Shown: positions 51,171 to 64,000 of the stretch, piece by piece | How positions within the stretch are numbered: the stretch's first letter is position 1 | How the letters are laid out: each line of letters opens with the position of its first letter | DNA from: Eledone cirrhosa | Taxonomy: Eukaryota | Length of the DNA stretch: 64,000 nucleotides | Assembly: GCA_964016885.1 (NCBI GenBank) | Contig: OZ024740.1 | Span: forward strand, 269,514,001 to 269,578,000 | Direction: 5' to 3' | Position numbers and translations under genes: made by a program | Notes under the pieces: model-generated | Databases searched by the model: none | What the model was told of the DNA's origin: nothing | What the model saw: only the letters and a program-made list of their open reading frames with translations

Positions 51171-54100
51171 CTAAAGCTGTAATGTTATGATTTGGGATCT
51201 CTTCTCTGATATTAATGTATATATACCAAGAACAATTAAACCTTGTTAGATCATTATAAATATTGATGGGATTTTATTTGAATAAATTTGATAATACTGA
51301 TGACCATTTATGGATTAGAAATGTATGTTTCCTTATTTTCTAATGTCAAAATTGATTGTAAAGTGCACCTGTAATGCTTAGAAGCGAATTAGTAAAATCG
51401 TTAGAGCGTAAAGCAAACGTTATAAGGTTTTGTACCTGCGTTGTGTACTTTGCATTCAAATCTCGCGGAGGCCAGCCACTCCTTCCATCTTTTCGGAACC
51501 GATAAAATAAAATCCAGAGTGGTGGACTGTCGTAAGTGTTGGTTAGAGAGTTAGACAAAGCGTTTGTTCTGACTCTGGGGTTAAAATTTTCTTTGGCCGA
51601 CTGAGCTGTTTAACGTAATCCCTGTGTGTCTTTAGTGGAGTTCACTCTGTTGCAACAATTCGTGTTATGTCTTCGGTTTGAGGATCTCTATCTCTCTTTT
51701 TCCCACTATTGTTGGAAGCCCTGAAAAGTGTCATGGACACTATTCTTCCCTCGGGGACTAAACACTAAAGAGGATTGAACCGAGGTATTGCAATAGGCTT
51801 CAGAATGTACGGCAGTAGCTGTGAGTATACAAGTTCTTATTCCATATAGTTCTGAAGTGAGAGTATTTCTGTCAATATTCAAAGCAATTGTCTAGATGTT
51901 GATATATGGGCATATGGAATATATTAAAATATTGACTAAACAATTGAATTGCTGAATGTCTCCAATTTGACTGATCTACTAGAAAAAAAATTTGTAAGTG
52001 AATCAATTATAATATATTTACAAAAGTTATCACTAGATAATTTCGATTACGAAAGAAAGACAGAAATTTAATATTTTCTTTGCTCAATTTTGGGAAATCT
52101 CTAAGTGATTATTTCACTTGTCAGTAACAGCAGCCAACATTTCCTTAATCATATCTCACTGCCTTAAAAATTATATTTAAAACTACATTGGTTAATGCAG
52201 TATTAGATACCTGATCATGAAGATTGTTATGGTCATGACTGGAAAACTTTTGATCATATATCTGCTTAATCAGCGTTAACCTGGAGCTAAAGAACAACAA
52301 CATCAATAGAAGAAAGTTATACATCAGAATCAGACGATATTTTATCTGATATCGTATGTATAATAATATTGCTTTTGGACGAAATACACAGTTAGTTCTG
52401 AATCAGTAAGAGGTTATTACTTAAATCTGTAGTGGAACAGATCATTTTTTATAAACATAATGATTTGCTGTCATATGACAGCAAATCATTATGTTTATAA
52501 AACATTTCTGAAAAGATCGATATGGTGACAACACTAAGCACAATAGGCGTTAAACGAATCTGCATACATATAAAGAAATAATATTTATAGAACCTTTTAA
52601 TATAAAACTTTCTTCTCGATTCAAATACAACGAACCTGACACTATTCTTTCGAATGAGAGGAAAAACATAGCGGAGCCATTTACTCTGCATATTTTAATG
52701 TTTTGTATACAATAAATTGAAAAAGAATCAATAGGTTTTGTGCCCTGTTTATGCATTTAGCTATAGGTGTATAGGACTCAATAAAATTCTCACAATCTAA
52801 CCAAAGACTATTAAAAGTGGACACAACAACTGATATATATCATACAAATTAAAGTAAGCAGTAGAAATGATAACATTTCCTTGAACATTATGCAGAGAAT
52901 CATACAGGGCAGTGCATCCATACATATGCAAATACATTTACAAATACAAACACTTAATGGTGAATATCTAAAAGTTTATCCCATTAATGGCCGAAATGTT
53001 TCGCTTACAAAGGAACCTATATAATTATTAAATGTTCTCACTTGGCACGCAGGTTCTATATTTGATGAATGACATCGGCAACATTTCTTCTCGTTAAGAG
53101 AAATAGTGGACTATATGAGCTTTGTAAGTAAATCCAGATGAGTGAGATCGATGTGATTGACGATGGGTTGTACATCTGCAGTATTAAATCTTTAGGCAGG
53201 AAACAACTGAACAAGAGGGAGTTCCAGAGGGTTGAAAATCTGCAGAGAAATTATCAGCAAATATCTCTGTAATCACTCTAAGATCTAGCAATCCTGATTA
53301 GACTATGCTTCATTGATGAAGTCAAATAAGGGCAAATATATTCAAAGTTATCATTGTACTGCTAAAGATCAGCATTACCTCACACTCAATTCCATTCTGA
53401 ATTCATTTTAACTAAGGGTTGTATCCCCTGTTTTTTTACTTAGTCGTTTATATAACAATTGTATAAGAGTTATTTCCCTCAATCTACGATGCAGATAAAT
53501 AGTTCACCGGAGCCGAACCCGTCGATGAACAGGAAGAATAAATGTAATTATAGACTTTCTTGGACCCTGGATTCGCTTGTAATAACAGCCTTGTGTTTTC
53601 TTTTATTTATGTAACAGCAATATCGTTTCAGATATCTAAGCAGTACTTTAACTTGCGCCTTAATTTGGCGAGAGTCGGGTACTGACTGGTTGTAAGATTA
53701 TATATATTTACAGCAGATCCAGCAGCAATTTGGGAGTGAAAGAGAATTGAGCCTAATGTTGCATGAATGAAGATAACTGATTTCTAGTAGCTATCTTCTG
53801 GATAATTCTGTGGTTAGCAAACACATCTCGGCTGGCAATTGAGGTTGATTTTTCTCAGTCATTCTAAACAGCTGTCTTTTTTGGTATAGCTGCAATGCTA
53901 CTGGGAATGAATCATTTGTGAGTTTTGGCTTATAGACTTTAGTGCTTCAACCCAATAGTTGATTAAATCTTATTTTGTCAATATCAGAGGGATAAAAGTC
54001 GGCGTCAGATGTGAATGTGTTCTATACTTTGGCAGAAGACCATAATGTGCTGTTTTATTTGTGGTAGGAAATGAGGTGCAGTCTATTGAATCGACCTCAA

Positions 54101-55392
54101 TACCTGACTAGTGTTATATTTATCAACTCTAGAAGGATGGAACACTAAGTCGACTCTAGAAGAATTCGTGTCTTAAGATATAGTGCCATGTCCTAAGCAA
54201 ATATCTCACTCTTCTTCTCACATATACACACAATACGACAGAAATGCACACATAAATAATGTGGAAGTCTCTATACTATGTATCAAGTGGTCGGAACATC
54301 ACGGACGTCATCGTTATCATTGACTGGTCAAACACTCCAGAATATTGATGAACGAGAAGAGAAAGGGAAATGAAATTATCACTCTAGAGCTCACCCACAT
54401 AAGCTGAACCATCCACCATACACACAGATGAACATACACACACACACACACACACATTCACAGCTAGCTTTTGTGGTATTTGGTCTATAAGATTATAACA
54501 TATATCTGTGTGAAATGTTTTGATTTTTAAGCTATAGACCCATTTTAATTCTAAGTTTTATATAATGATTAAAAACTGTATTATTGTTATAACTTAAGTA
54601 AAGCAAAATGTGTTCTATGTTTACAGGAGTAGACATAGGTTTGTGGTTAAGATTTTCATTTTGCAATGACGTAATTTTGATTTTAATCCTATTATTCGGC
54701 GCTTTTGACAAATGTCTTGTTTACTTCTGCGTCGAATTTGAAAGATAATATCCGTTCGGAAATCCGTCATATGTATGTGTGCATCTTTTGCTTATGTATA
54801 TCGGCAAGAAAACCGGTGCTTTATGATCGATACCTTTTACAATATTTCTTTGTTATTGAGTTATAAACTCAGCGTCAGAAATTCAAAGATTTGTACGTTG
54901 GTAACGTGCAACAAATGATTATATTTTCCATCAACCTTTAAATTAAATTAACATAAGCCAGCGCTTAGAACTGTGTTTATGGTAGGATGTCGAAAAGCGG
55001 ACGAGAAGTGTTTAGTTTTCTCTTGAAAGGGGACTAGTCTTACTACTTTTTTCACATATAACAGGTATATTATGTGCAAAATATTCACTAAATGTTGGGA
55101 AACTGAATAAAATGGTCCGCAAGGAATACATTCTGTCTTTACAAAACCAGAATCCATCAAAATCAAAACCAGAACAGCTTAGGATTTGAAATTATAGCAA
55201 TCGAGAAAGTAACCTTATATATCATTCGATGTGAAAATGCAAGTAACCGACATTTATTGATATAATATATATATATATTAGTATATATGCTATAGGACTG
55301 TCTCAGTGAAAATCTACAATAAAAACCCAGAGAAACAATTGTACCTAGAAACCATATTGCAATATCTCTCTCTCTCCCTCCCTCTCTCTCTC

Positions 55393-55448
<56 letters not shown>

Positions 55449-55456
55449 CTCTCTCT

Positions 55457-55534
<78 letters not shown>

Positions 55535-55566
55535 ATGTATGTGTGTGTGTGTCAATGTGTGTGTAA

Positions 55567-55602
<36 letters not shown>

Positions 55603-55854
55603 GTGTGTGTGTGTCTGAGTGTGAGTAAATATATAAATATATATATAAGTGGATAGTTATATTGAACGAGAGAAAGTGTGTGTGAGAGAGAGAGGGGGGA
55701 GAAGGGGAGGTAGAGATAGAGAGAGAGGGAGATTCAGAAATATATAACTGATCTGAAACACTAACAAGAGAGAAAGAAACTTGGACCTCTTTCTTCATGC
55801 AAATGTCATATATATACTTACATGCATACATACATACATACATACATACATACA

Positions 55855-55886
<32 letters not shown>

Positions 55887-56974
55887 GGGAAGTCGCTCAG
55901 CAGTATCGCAGTGAATCCATGGATGAAAAACTGCATGCTTATCAGCAAAAAATCATGTATGGATATGTTAGCAGCAAGCTTCAGAGTGAGAGTAGTATAG
56001 ATAAGGAAAGTAGTCTATCTTGGACCAACAACCGCTATATTGGCTCCCACTTTGAAGGATATGCTTTTGTAATAAAAAAAAAACAGGAAATCAACGCGAA
56101 ATACCTGGTTCACAAAAGAGATTGGGATGCAGGCAAAACACCTAGATGTGATATCAAGTGCAGACTCTGCAGAATTAACATCGAAGATATCACACATATC
56201 ATCAGCAGCTTCCCAAAGATGTCACCGCGGTACTATCTACCTATGAGGCATGATGTAGTGGCCAAAACACTGTACAATGCAATCCGTAGAAAAGATAGCC
56301 CCGATAATAAACACATTCAAAGCTACAGCAATGTGGAAGACATACATATACATAATATGAAAGAGTACTGGTGGAATGTTCCAGTAAAAACACCAATAAA
56401 ATGCAGGCATAATAGACCGGATATTATGATATGGGACAGGGAAAAGAAGGCATGCACAGTAATGGAAGTTAGCTGTCCAGCAGATGCCATTATAATATGA
56501 AAGATTAGCGAAAAGGAGAATATTTATGCAGAACTGATGAGCAATCTGCAGATACTCCACCCTGATTACACCTTCAGATTTATGCCTGTGATTATTGGGG
56601 CACTGGGATATGTCAGCAACTTTCTCACTACAATTCTTGAGAAGCCGGGCTTCACAGGAACAGAAAGAACACAACTAGTTAGGAAATTACAAGTACAATC
56701 CATTGATGGAACAGTAAAAATATATAAAACATTCCAAAAATGTTGCATGTAATAACTGCATATACGCATGTACAGTAACACATGCACACATACAACTCAA
56801 AAGATCCACATCCACACATACACTAACATCCATATCTACACATGCATGCATGCAGACATGCATACATATCTACCTAGTTGATGTGTAAATTCCAATGAGA
56901 GAGTCTTGTGTCTATGTTAGAAACCGACTCTCTCTCTATTGGCAAACATTTGTGAAATTATAAAACCAGAAGAA
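55887..56974 (+). mobile_element. 5'-truncated R4/Dong-clade LINE (REL endonuclease) embedded in (CATA)n
   Basis: FEGYAF..QEINAKY, CRLCRINIEDITHI, RHD, HNRPDIMIWD, MEVSCP, EKENIY, PVIIGALG; (CATA)n on both sides. Confidence 0.9.
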
Positions 56975-58507
56975 CATACATACATACATACATGCATACA
57001 TGTATATGACAGACAGGTAGATAGATAGATATATCAACTTAAATATAATCCAAGATCTTCTATAGTGCGAGATACTGGAAATATCAATCATTAAATAATT
57101 TCATAAGTATACAGCAACATATCTATGTACACAAGAAGGCATGTAATAGATATTTAAGTATAAGTGGACGCAACAAATAATGAACTTAAATGATATCCGA
57201 ATAATAGCGTTAGATGGTTTCCGAAAATCAGATATAAGAACTTCGCATGTATATATTTGAGATTAAATCTATTTCATCATGAGAGGAATTACCATCATAA
57301 AGTAATTGGAACCATTGGATGGATTCACTTTAACATTATCTGCAACATCTTATTTCATGTTATTTTCTAAAGATGTCTGAATCTCTATTGTCAGCGTGCA
57401 GATGCTGATTGGCTGTCATTGACAAAAACTATGGCTCCTTTCATGCAGAAAAACACGGAATGAAAATGCACGCTATTAATTTATATTCTGTCTTTAAATT
57501 ATTTATTTCATAGAAACAGCTGTTGCACTCTATGCTTTTTCAAGAGCATTAATAATCCAATGATGCAGCATTAGCGACGTAGATCAAGTAAAACGGCTAC
57601 AATCAGAAACATTCAAAGCTAATCTAAGATTAGCCCGAATCTCAGTTACTTAACACACAACGAATAACCCAATTATTTGTATATTTCCAGCAATATGGAC
57701 TGATTGTAATTGCAATAATAATGCTCTTTGAGGAAAAGATTTTATCTAAGTAATCGATACATATTGATTTACTGTGATCCAAGTTTAATTACTGGGGCAT
57801 TTCATGAAGAACAAAGATTAAATGTAAGAATGTACAATGAATAACTAGTTGTTGTTTCTGCATCAAAGACAATGTTAACGTTACAGAGTGATATTACGAA
57901 TGCAAATCTCATATAAAAGATTTTTTATGCTGAAACATGTTAGCCAAATATAATATGGAGTTTCGAATTGAACCAATTTTATGCATGGGTTAAATTAAGA
58001 TTTAACAACTCGTTGTGTTATTCAAATATCAAACGCCATTAATTTCTCAGCGTATATAAGAGAGTGATGATATCAACTATTCCTTAAATGTTCACCTTCA
58101 TGAAGTTGTAAAATAACAACAAAAAGTACTTAAAATATACAGCAGTAAAAGAAATAGAAACTTCCTTCACTTCTTCAATTCCTATGGTATATAAGATAAT
58201 AAAAAGGTAATAAAAACCAAGTTTCATCAAATTGATTCTAAACCGTAGAGTACGATGCAGAATTCACAACGAATTGTATAATTTAGACATTTTCTGCATT
58301 TATTCTATTTCTACTTATCAGATGCATAACAATATAGAGATATAATTATGTAGGGTAAAAACTCCACTTTTCGACAACAATTCTGTTAAATATTAAAAGC
58401 TCAGACCCCACGGTTTCATTTTGTGACAACATAGAGTCATTTGTCAGCGTAGAAATAAACAGTCGGCATATATATATATATATATATATAAATACTTTAA
58501 GTAATTA

Positions 58508-58606
<99 letters not shown>

Positions 58607-58628
58607 TACATATATATACATATATACA

Positions 58629-58686
<58 letters not shown>

Positions 58687-59979
58687 CAGGAGTGGTAGTG
58701 AACTTTGATAAGTACCAAAAAGTACGAAACAGAGCTCTGTCAGTTTATCTCACCTGTTTGCTGAACATTGAAATAAGTGACATTGTCACTATTTGAAAAC
58801 AATAGCGTATCGTCTTCAAAATGCTTTAATTAAGCATACAGTGTATTGCAAAATACACTATATATACATTCATAAATATACATATATAAATATATAAATA
58901 CTTTCATTAATTAATTTATATATATGTATATATATATATATAAATTAATTAAACTATTGTTTAGTTTAACACCGACACTTTTGTATGCAGGGTAGATCAC
59001 CTTTCCTTAGTAAGCATCGTTTCTTAAATCTCATTTGGTCATTCCATGAGAGTATCTTGGTCAGCTTATCAAATTTTCAGCCGATCGTCGTATATCCCTT
59101 TACGCCAATAGTCATCATACATTAGATACACTTAGATAATGACTAATTGAGAGCTTCATTAAGTTTGTATTTACGAACTTATTGAACTGACCTTAACTAA
59201 CCTCAGTACTCTTCATTTTCTAGTTGTTACCTAAGATAAATATAAATAATGCGACATATCTAACGAAGATTTCTACATATACCAACGCAGATAACAGCTA
59301 TCCATCCATAGTTTTCAGAAATCTCATGAATGATATCAGTAGAAGTATCTCTAATCCCTTATGGAATAGAGGAACCTACACCAATCCTCCTCCTGTTAAA
59401 ATATCACACTAGAAACTAGCAGTCTTAACAACGAAATCACATATAAATTTAACGCTCCATCATATAACGGTAAAAGAGACTTCACAATAATATCTAGTCC
59501 ACAAATGTACTGTTTTGAAAAGCTAAGCCGAACATTGATATACATCTCTTTGCCGTAATAAAATAGATTTCACTGTCAACAACAATATCATTTTTCTTTC
59601 TTTAATACAGATATTTAATCCTTTAATTAGAGTTGGAACTGTACCAAAAATAAAAGAAATGAAATAATAAGTGAAACAATTAAACTAACCGTAGCATATG
59701 CAGAAATATAAATATAAATATATGCGTTCTTGATTAATCATGCAACTCTGAACCGAATATCTTCCATGGTTTATGTAAACATACCCACCCGTGAAAACTA
59801 TGTGTAGAAAGGAAGAAAGTAAATTTAAATAAGGATATTTGAACGGTACCTCTGAATTGAGAACCATAAACAGAGGAATGCAGCACGTCTCGAAGTTTGA
59901 AAGAAAATGTTACTTGATTCGATATTACGTAGATCTCAAAGACATTCAGACGATACAGATATGGTACATAACTGAAAGG

Positions 59980-60058
59980 TTTCTGATACGAAACAACTCT
60001 AATTGTCAGATTAGAGATTTCTGATACGAAACAACTCTAATTGTCAGATTAGAGATTT
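59980..60058. repeat. 38-bp perfect tandem duplication
   Basis: tttctgatacgaaacaactctaattgtcagattagaga twice. Confidence 0.9.
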
Positions 60059-60230
60059 CCACTAAATATTCACACAGTTCGATAAATATCAACTAAGATA
60101 ATAAGATAAATGCTGTAGTTCTTTCGGCAGATTTAATTCACTACCAAACATCCCCTATTTGTATTTATACAGTTAATTACCAGGACGAGTTGACAATATA
60201 AATGGCAGACTATAAAAATAGGGGATGTAC

Positions 60231-60315
<85 letters not shown>

Positions 60316-60622
60316 GTTAAGTGTGTAACAACAGTAGTTACAGGCGGCGTGCCATTCGAAGCACTCGATTCTGTTATGATGTCCGTTTCGTTTGAGTTGT
60401 ACTCCAGTGTTACGTCTGTAGTGTGTATAGAGTAAATATAATTAATAGAGTCGAAGTCAGTGTTGCAGTATATGTACAAATGTCATTGCATATTACAATT
60501 CTTTTGATATCGATCAGCTCAGTCTACAATCAAGGTGACGGGGCCCGACTCCTTTTCGGCATCTCATTACCTAAGCGAGCTTATATGTGCAAAGACACAT
60601 CTAAACTATATATGTATGTATG

Positions 60623-60994
60623 TTCTTCTGGTTTTATAATTTCGCAAATGTTTGCCAATAGATAGAGAGTCGGTTTCTAACATAGACACAAGACTCTCTT
60701 ATTGGAATTTACACATCAACTAGGTAGATATGTATGCATGTCTGCATGCATGTGTGTGCAGATATGGATGTTATTGTATGAGGGGATGTGTATGTTTTGA
60801 GTTGTATGTGTGCATGTGCATATGCTTTGTATCTGTACAAGTATATATGCAGTTATTAGATGCAGAATTTTGGGAATGTTTTACATATTTTTGCTGTTCC
60901 CTCAATGGATTGTACTTGTAATTTCCTAACTAGTTGTGTTCTTTCTGTTTCTGTGAAGCCGAGCTTCTCAAGATTTGTTTTGAGGCAGTTACTA
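60623..60994 (-). mobile_element. 3' fragment of the same R4/Dong family, (TATG)n on both sides
   Basis: Reverse complement of ~56610-56974; LEKLGFTETERTQLVRKLQVQS. Confidence 0.9.
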
Positions 60995-62390
60995 ATGTAT
61001 GTATGTATGAAAATATGCGAGGGGGCATGGAAATATTCAGCGCACGGTAAGGACATCATTTTAGGAGAAGAAAACTGATGTAAAATTCGTGACTCGATGA
61101 GAGCCAAGGATGTTAACCTGTTCCTTTGGGATATTTGTCACCATTGCTCAGAGAGTAGGAATGCTCAAATGCTTGTCCCTTTTTCACTTAAAAAACTTCA
61201 AGTACAGGCATCAGAAGATCTTGGATCAAGTGCTGGCATCGTATTTCTAATGAAAAACAATGCCGATAATTTTCAAATAATTCTAAAAATTTGGTGGGGT
61301 TTATTATTATAAATAACCTTCTCATCATAAAGCTGATGTTTAGAACATAATTTAACAAACGTTCTTACATAAATTGCAGGAGATGTGTTCGATACATACA
61401 ATAAATAATGTCGAAGAAACGAAAGCGTGGTGGTTTCAGGCTGTTCGTTATCAAAAGGCTTAAATTCAATGTTATTACTGATTGAGCATCCCAAATATTT
61501 TCTACATAGCTCCTGTGATAATAATTTTTATTAACACTTATTTCGTGTTTTGTTTGTTTGTAAGGTTCCTCGCATAAGCGGTATGTTCTTCATTCACAAA
61601 GAAGCCCTGGGAAATGCAGCACCATCTATTTAGTTTTAGATGTTCGTGTATGTGCATGCGTTTGCTTGCGAAGGTTTAAGTTTGCATATACTGATGATGG
61701 CCTGTGGGTTGCATTGCGTCTCTTTCTGTCAAACATAACTCAGTGAAATGAAATATAGAGACCCATATATTAACTACCAGGGTTAAAGAAATATTTGGAA
61801 ATATAGATACAACGCTTTGAAGGTGGCATCTCAAACCTCACCACAGTGTAGTGTTTCAAAACAGTGAAATAATAAGAAAATATACACAACATCCCACCAC
61901 AGAAGGTAGACGTTAGTATACGTGAAGACAGCATTATCAACCATCTCCTAGCAGATTTCTCTCAGCCTTTTTTCTGTATTACCGTATTCTATTTAGTATG
62001 TAGAATACTTGCCTGAGTTATTTTCGACGAGCCATAGTGTCGGCATTCATAATGCATGTACTACATTCCTTCTATTTATATATATATTGATCATTCTTAT
62101 TTGAGTAGAATACGCTTCGCTGATGACATTTAATTAGACCGAAACATGCTTTCATCAGTCGGCTTTACAAAGACAATCTACTTATATGTGCACAGTCAAT
62201 GTATTCCAGAAATTTCCATCAACTGCACTTATTACTTATTTCTCTCGCTCGTTTTTCCTTTCATTTCAAACACTCTAAAGGGAGGTTATTTTTCCATTAA
62301 TTATAAAAATAATCTTGGTCATGCGATGTTTACAACTCACTATGTTACATTTATGGGCCTCTGCTTTCTGTATATTGTTTGCAAAAAGTT

Positions 62391-62746
62391 GAGGCATTTT
62401 CCTTCAGTCATATTGTTCGTGTATTTTCCACCCTTTTTTATAATTGTCTCTACTTTTAGCATTACTGGTACTTTATTTTATCGACCCCGTAGGGATGAAA
62501 GGCAAAGTTAACGTCGGCGGGATTTGAACTCAGAATGGCAAGGGCCGTTACTCTATGCGTTTCTGAGTTCAAATCCTGCCGAGGTTAACTTTGCCTTTCA
62601 TACTTACGGGGTCGATAAAATAAAGTACTAGTAATGCACTGGGAAATTGAGCCCTTGTGCTCTTGTGCCAAAAGTAGAAACAATTATAAAAAAAGGTGGA
62701 AAATATACGAAACAATACCAACAATAAGACTGAAGGAAAATGCCCC
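62391..62746. repeat. Imperfect fold-back of two opposed MetaSINE-type copies plus shared flank
   Basis: SINE on minus (62440-62560), then SINE on plus (62561-62690). Flank ggcattttccttcagtc..tccacc mirrored at 62692-62746. Confidence 0.85.
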
Positions 62747-63350
62747 AGCATTTTTATAATGACATTCTACTGTTGATTCCGTTGTATACGAATACGCAAC
62801 TAAAGACGTAAAGGGACTGAATTATCAACGAAAATAGCGAAATATGTGCTTCTTGTAATGACCAACTTTAAAATCACCAATTCACTGATTCAATATTAGC
62901 TTCTGTTATTAGCTCATGCTTGTGATGGCAAATAACCTTTGTGCAATCCCTTTAACTCCGAAGTGTATAACACTTTGGCTCTCGTAAAACGTAGAAGTTG
63001 ATTTTCAGTCGTATCTACAACCACGACTACCAACCATTAAGCATTAACCCCCTCCCCCTCCCCTAAAAAAATGCTTCCTTTCTTTATAACTAACACATCC
63101 CTTTTTACTAAATCTGCACCCCACTGAGATTACCCCACTCCAAATCCAGGAACCTATATTTATAAGTGATATTCTCTATAAATATGGTTAAGGAGGAAGT
63201 TGCAATGTCTTTAGCTTTCATGTTCCTCAGATCAACTTCTTTAATTTCTTGATATTTACAAATATCAATCTTTGTTTCTGGATTGTTCAACAAGGGGTGA
63301 ATCAGAACATTTCTGCTCTTAATTTCAACCGTTGCTTTTTTTCTTGTATC

Positions 63351-63991
63351 CATTACTACCGTTATACCGATGTTAAAACCGTTGCTGCTGTAACTATTGT
63401 ATTCATTACTACCGTTATACCGATGTTAAAACCGTTGCTGTTGTAACTATTGTATCCATTACTACCGTTATACCGATGTTAAAACCGTTGCTGTTGTAAG
63501 TATTGTATTCATTACTACCGTTATACCGATGTTAAAACCGTTGCTGTTGTAACTATTGTATCCATTACTACCGTTATACCGATGTTAAAACCGTTGCTGT
63601 TGTAAGTATTGTATTCATTACTACCGTTATACCGATGTTAAAACCGTTGCTGTTGTAAGTATTGTATTCATTACTACCGTTATACCGATGTTAAACATGT
63701 TGCTGTTGTAACTATTGTATCCATTACTACCGTTATACCGATGTTAAAACCGTTGCTGTTGTGACTATTGTATCCATTACTACCGTTATACCGATGTTAA
63801 AACCGTTGCTGTTGTAAGTATTGTATTCATTACTACCGTTATACCGATGTTAAACATGTTGCTGTTGTAACTATTGTATCCATTACTACCGTTATACCGA
63901 TGTTAAAACCGTTGCTGTTGTAACTATTGTATTCATTACTACCGTTATACGGATGTTAAAACCGTTGCTTTTGTAACTATTGTATGCATTA
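63351..63991. repeat. 53-bp minisatellite, about 12 copies
   Basis: Unit cattactaccgttataccgatgttaaaaccgttgctgttgtaactattgtat(c/t). Confidence 0.97.
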
Positions 63992-64000
63992 CATTTCCTA

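Overview
AT-rich, microsatellite-saturated eukaryotic DNA. The SINE families and repeat style suggest an octopus or other coleoid cephalopod (inference). I found no host protein-coding gene I can support; nearly all listed ORFs are microsatellite artefacts or transposon fragments. Main contents: (1) a 9.3-kb nested composite (20179-29453, bounded by the 11-bp direct repeat AACTGTGATCT) in which two Tx1-clade LINEs sit tandemly inside the (ATT)n tail of a minus-strand RTE LINE; (2) many MetaSINE-type tRNA SINEs whose 3' end and (ATT)n insertion context resemble the Tx1 elements; (3) R4/Dong-type LINEs, one family repeatedly flanked on both sides by (CATA)n; (4) Naiad-type Penelope-like elements and several small (TA)n-embedded, often fold-back elements carrying type I hammerhead ribozyme (HHR) motifs, including a 310-nt tandem retrozyme-like unit at 32109-33028; (5) a non-autonomous Helitron, mariner and pogo MITEs, hAT remnants, a probable gypsy LTR and minisatellites. 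All alignments and RNA folds were done by eye, so coordinates of degraded elements are approximate.
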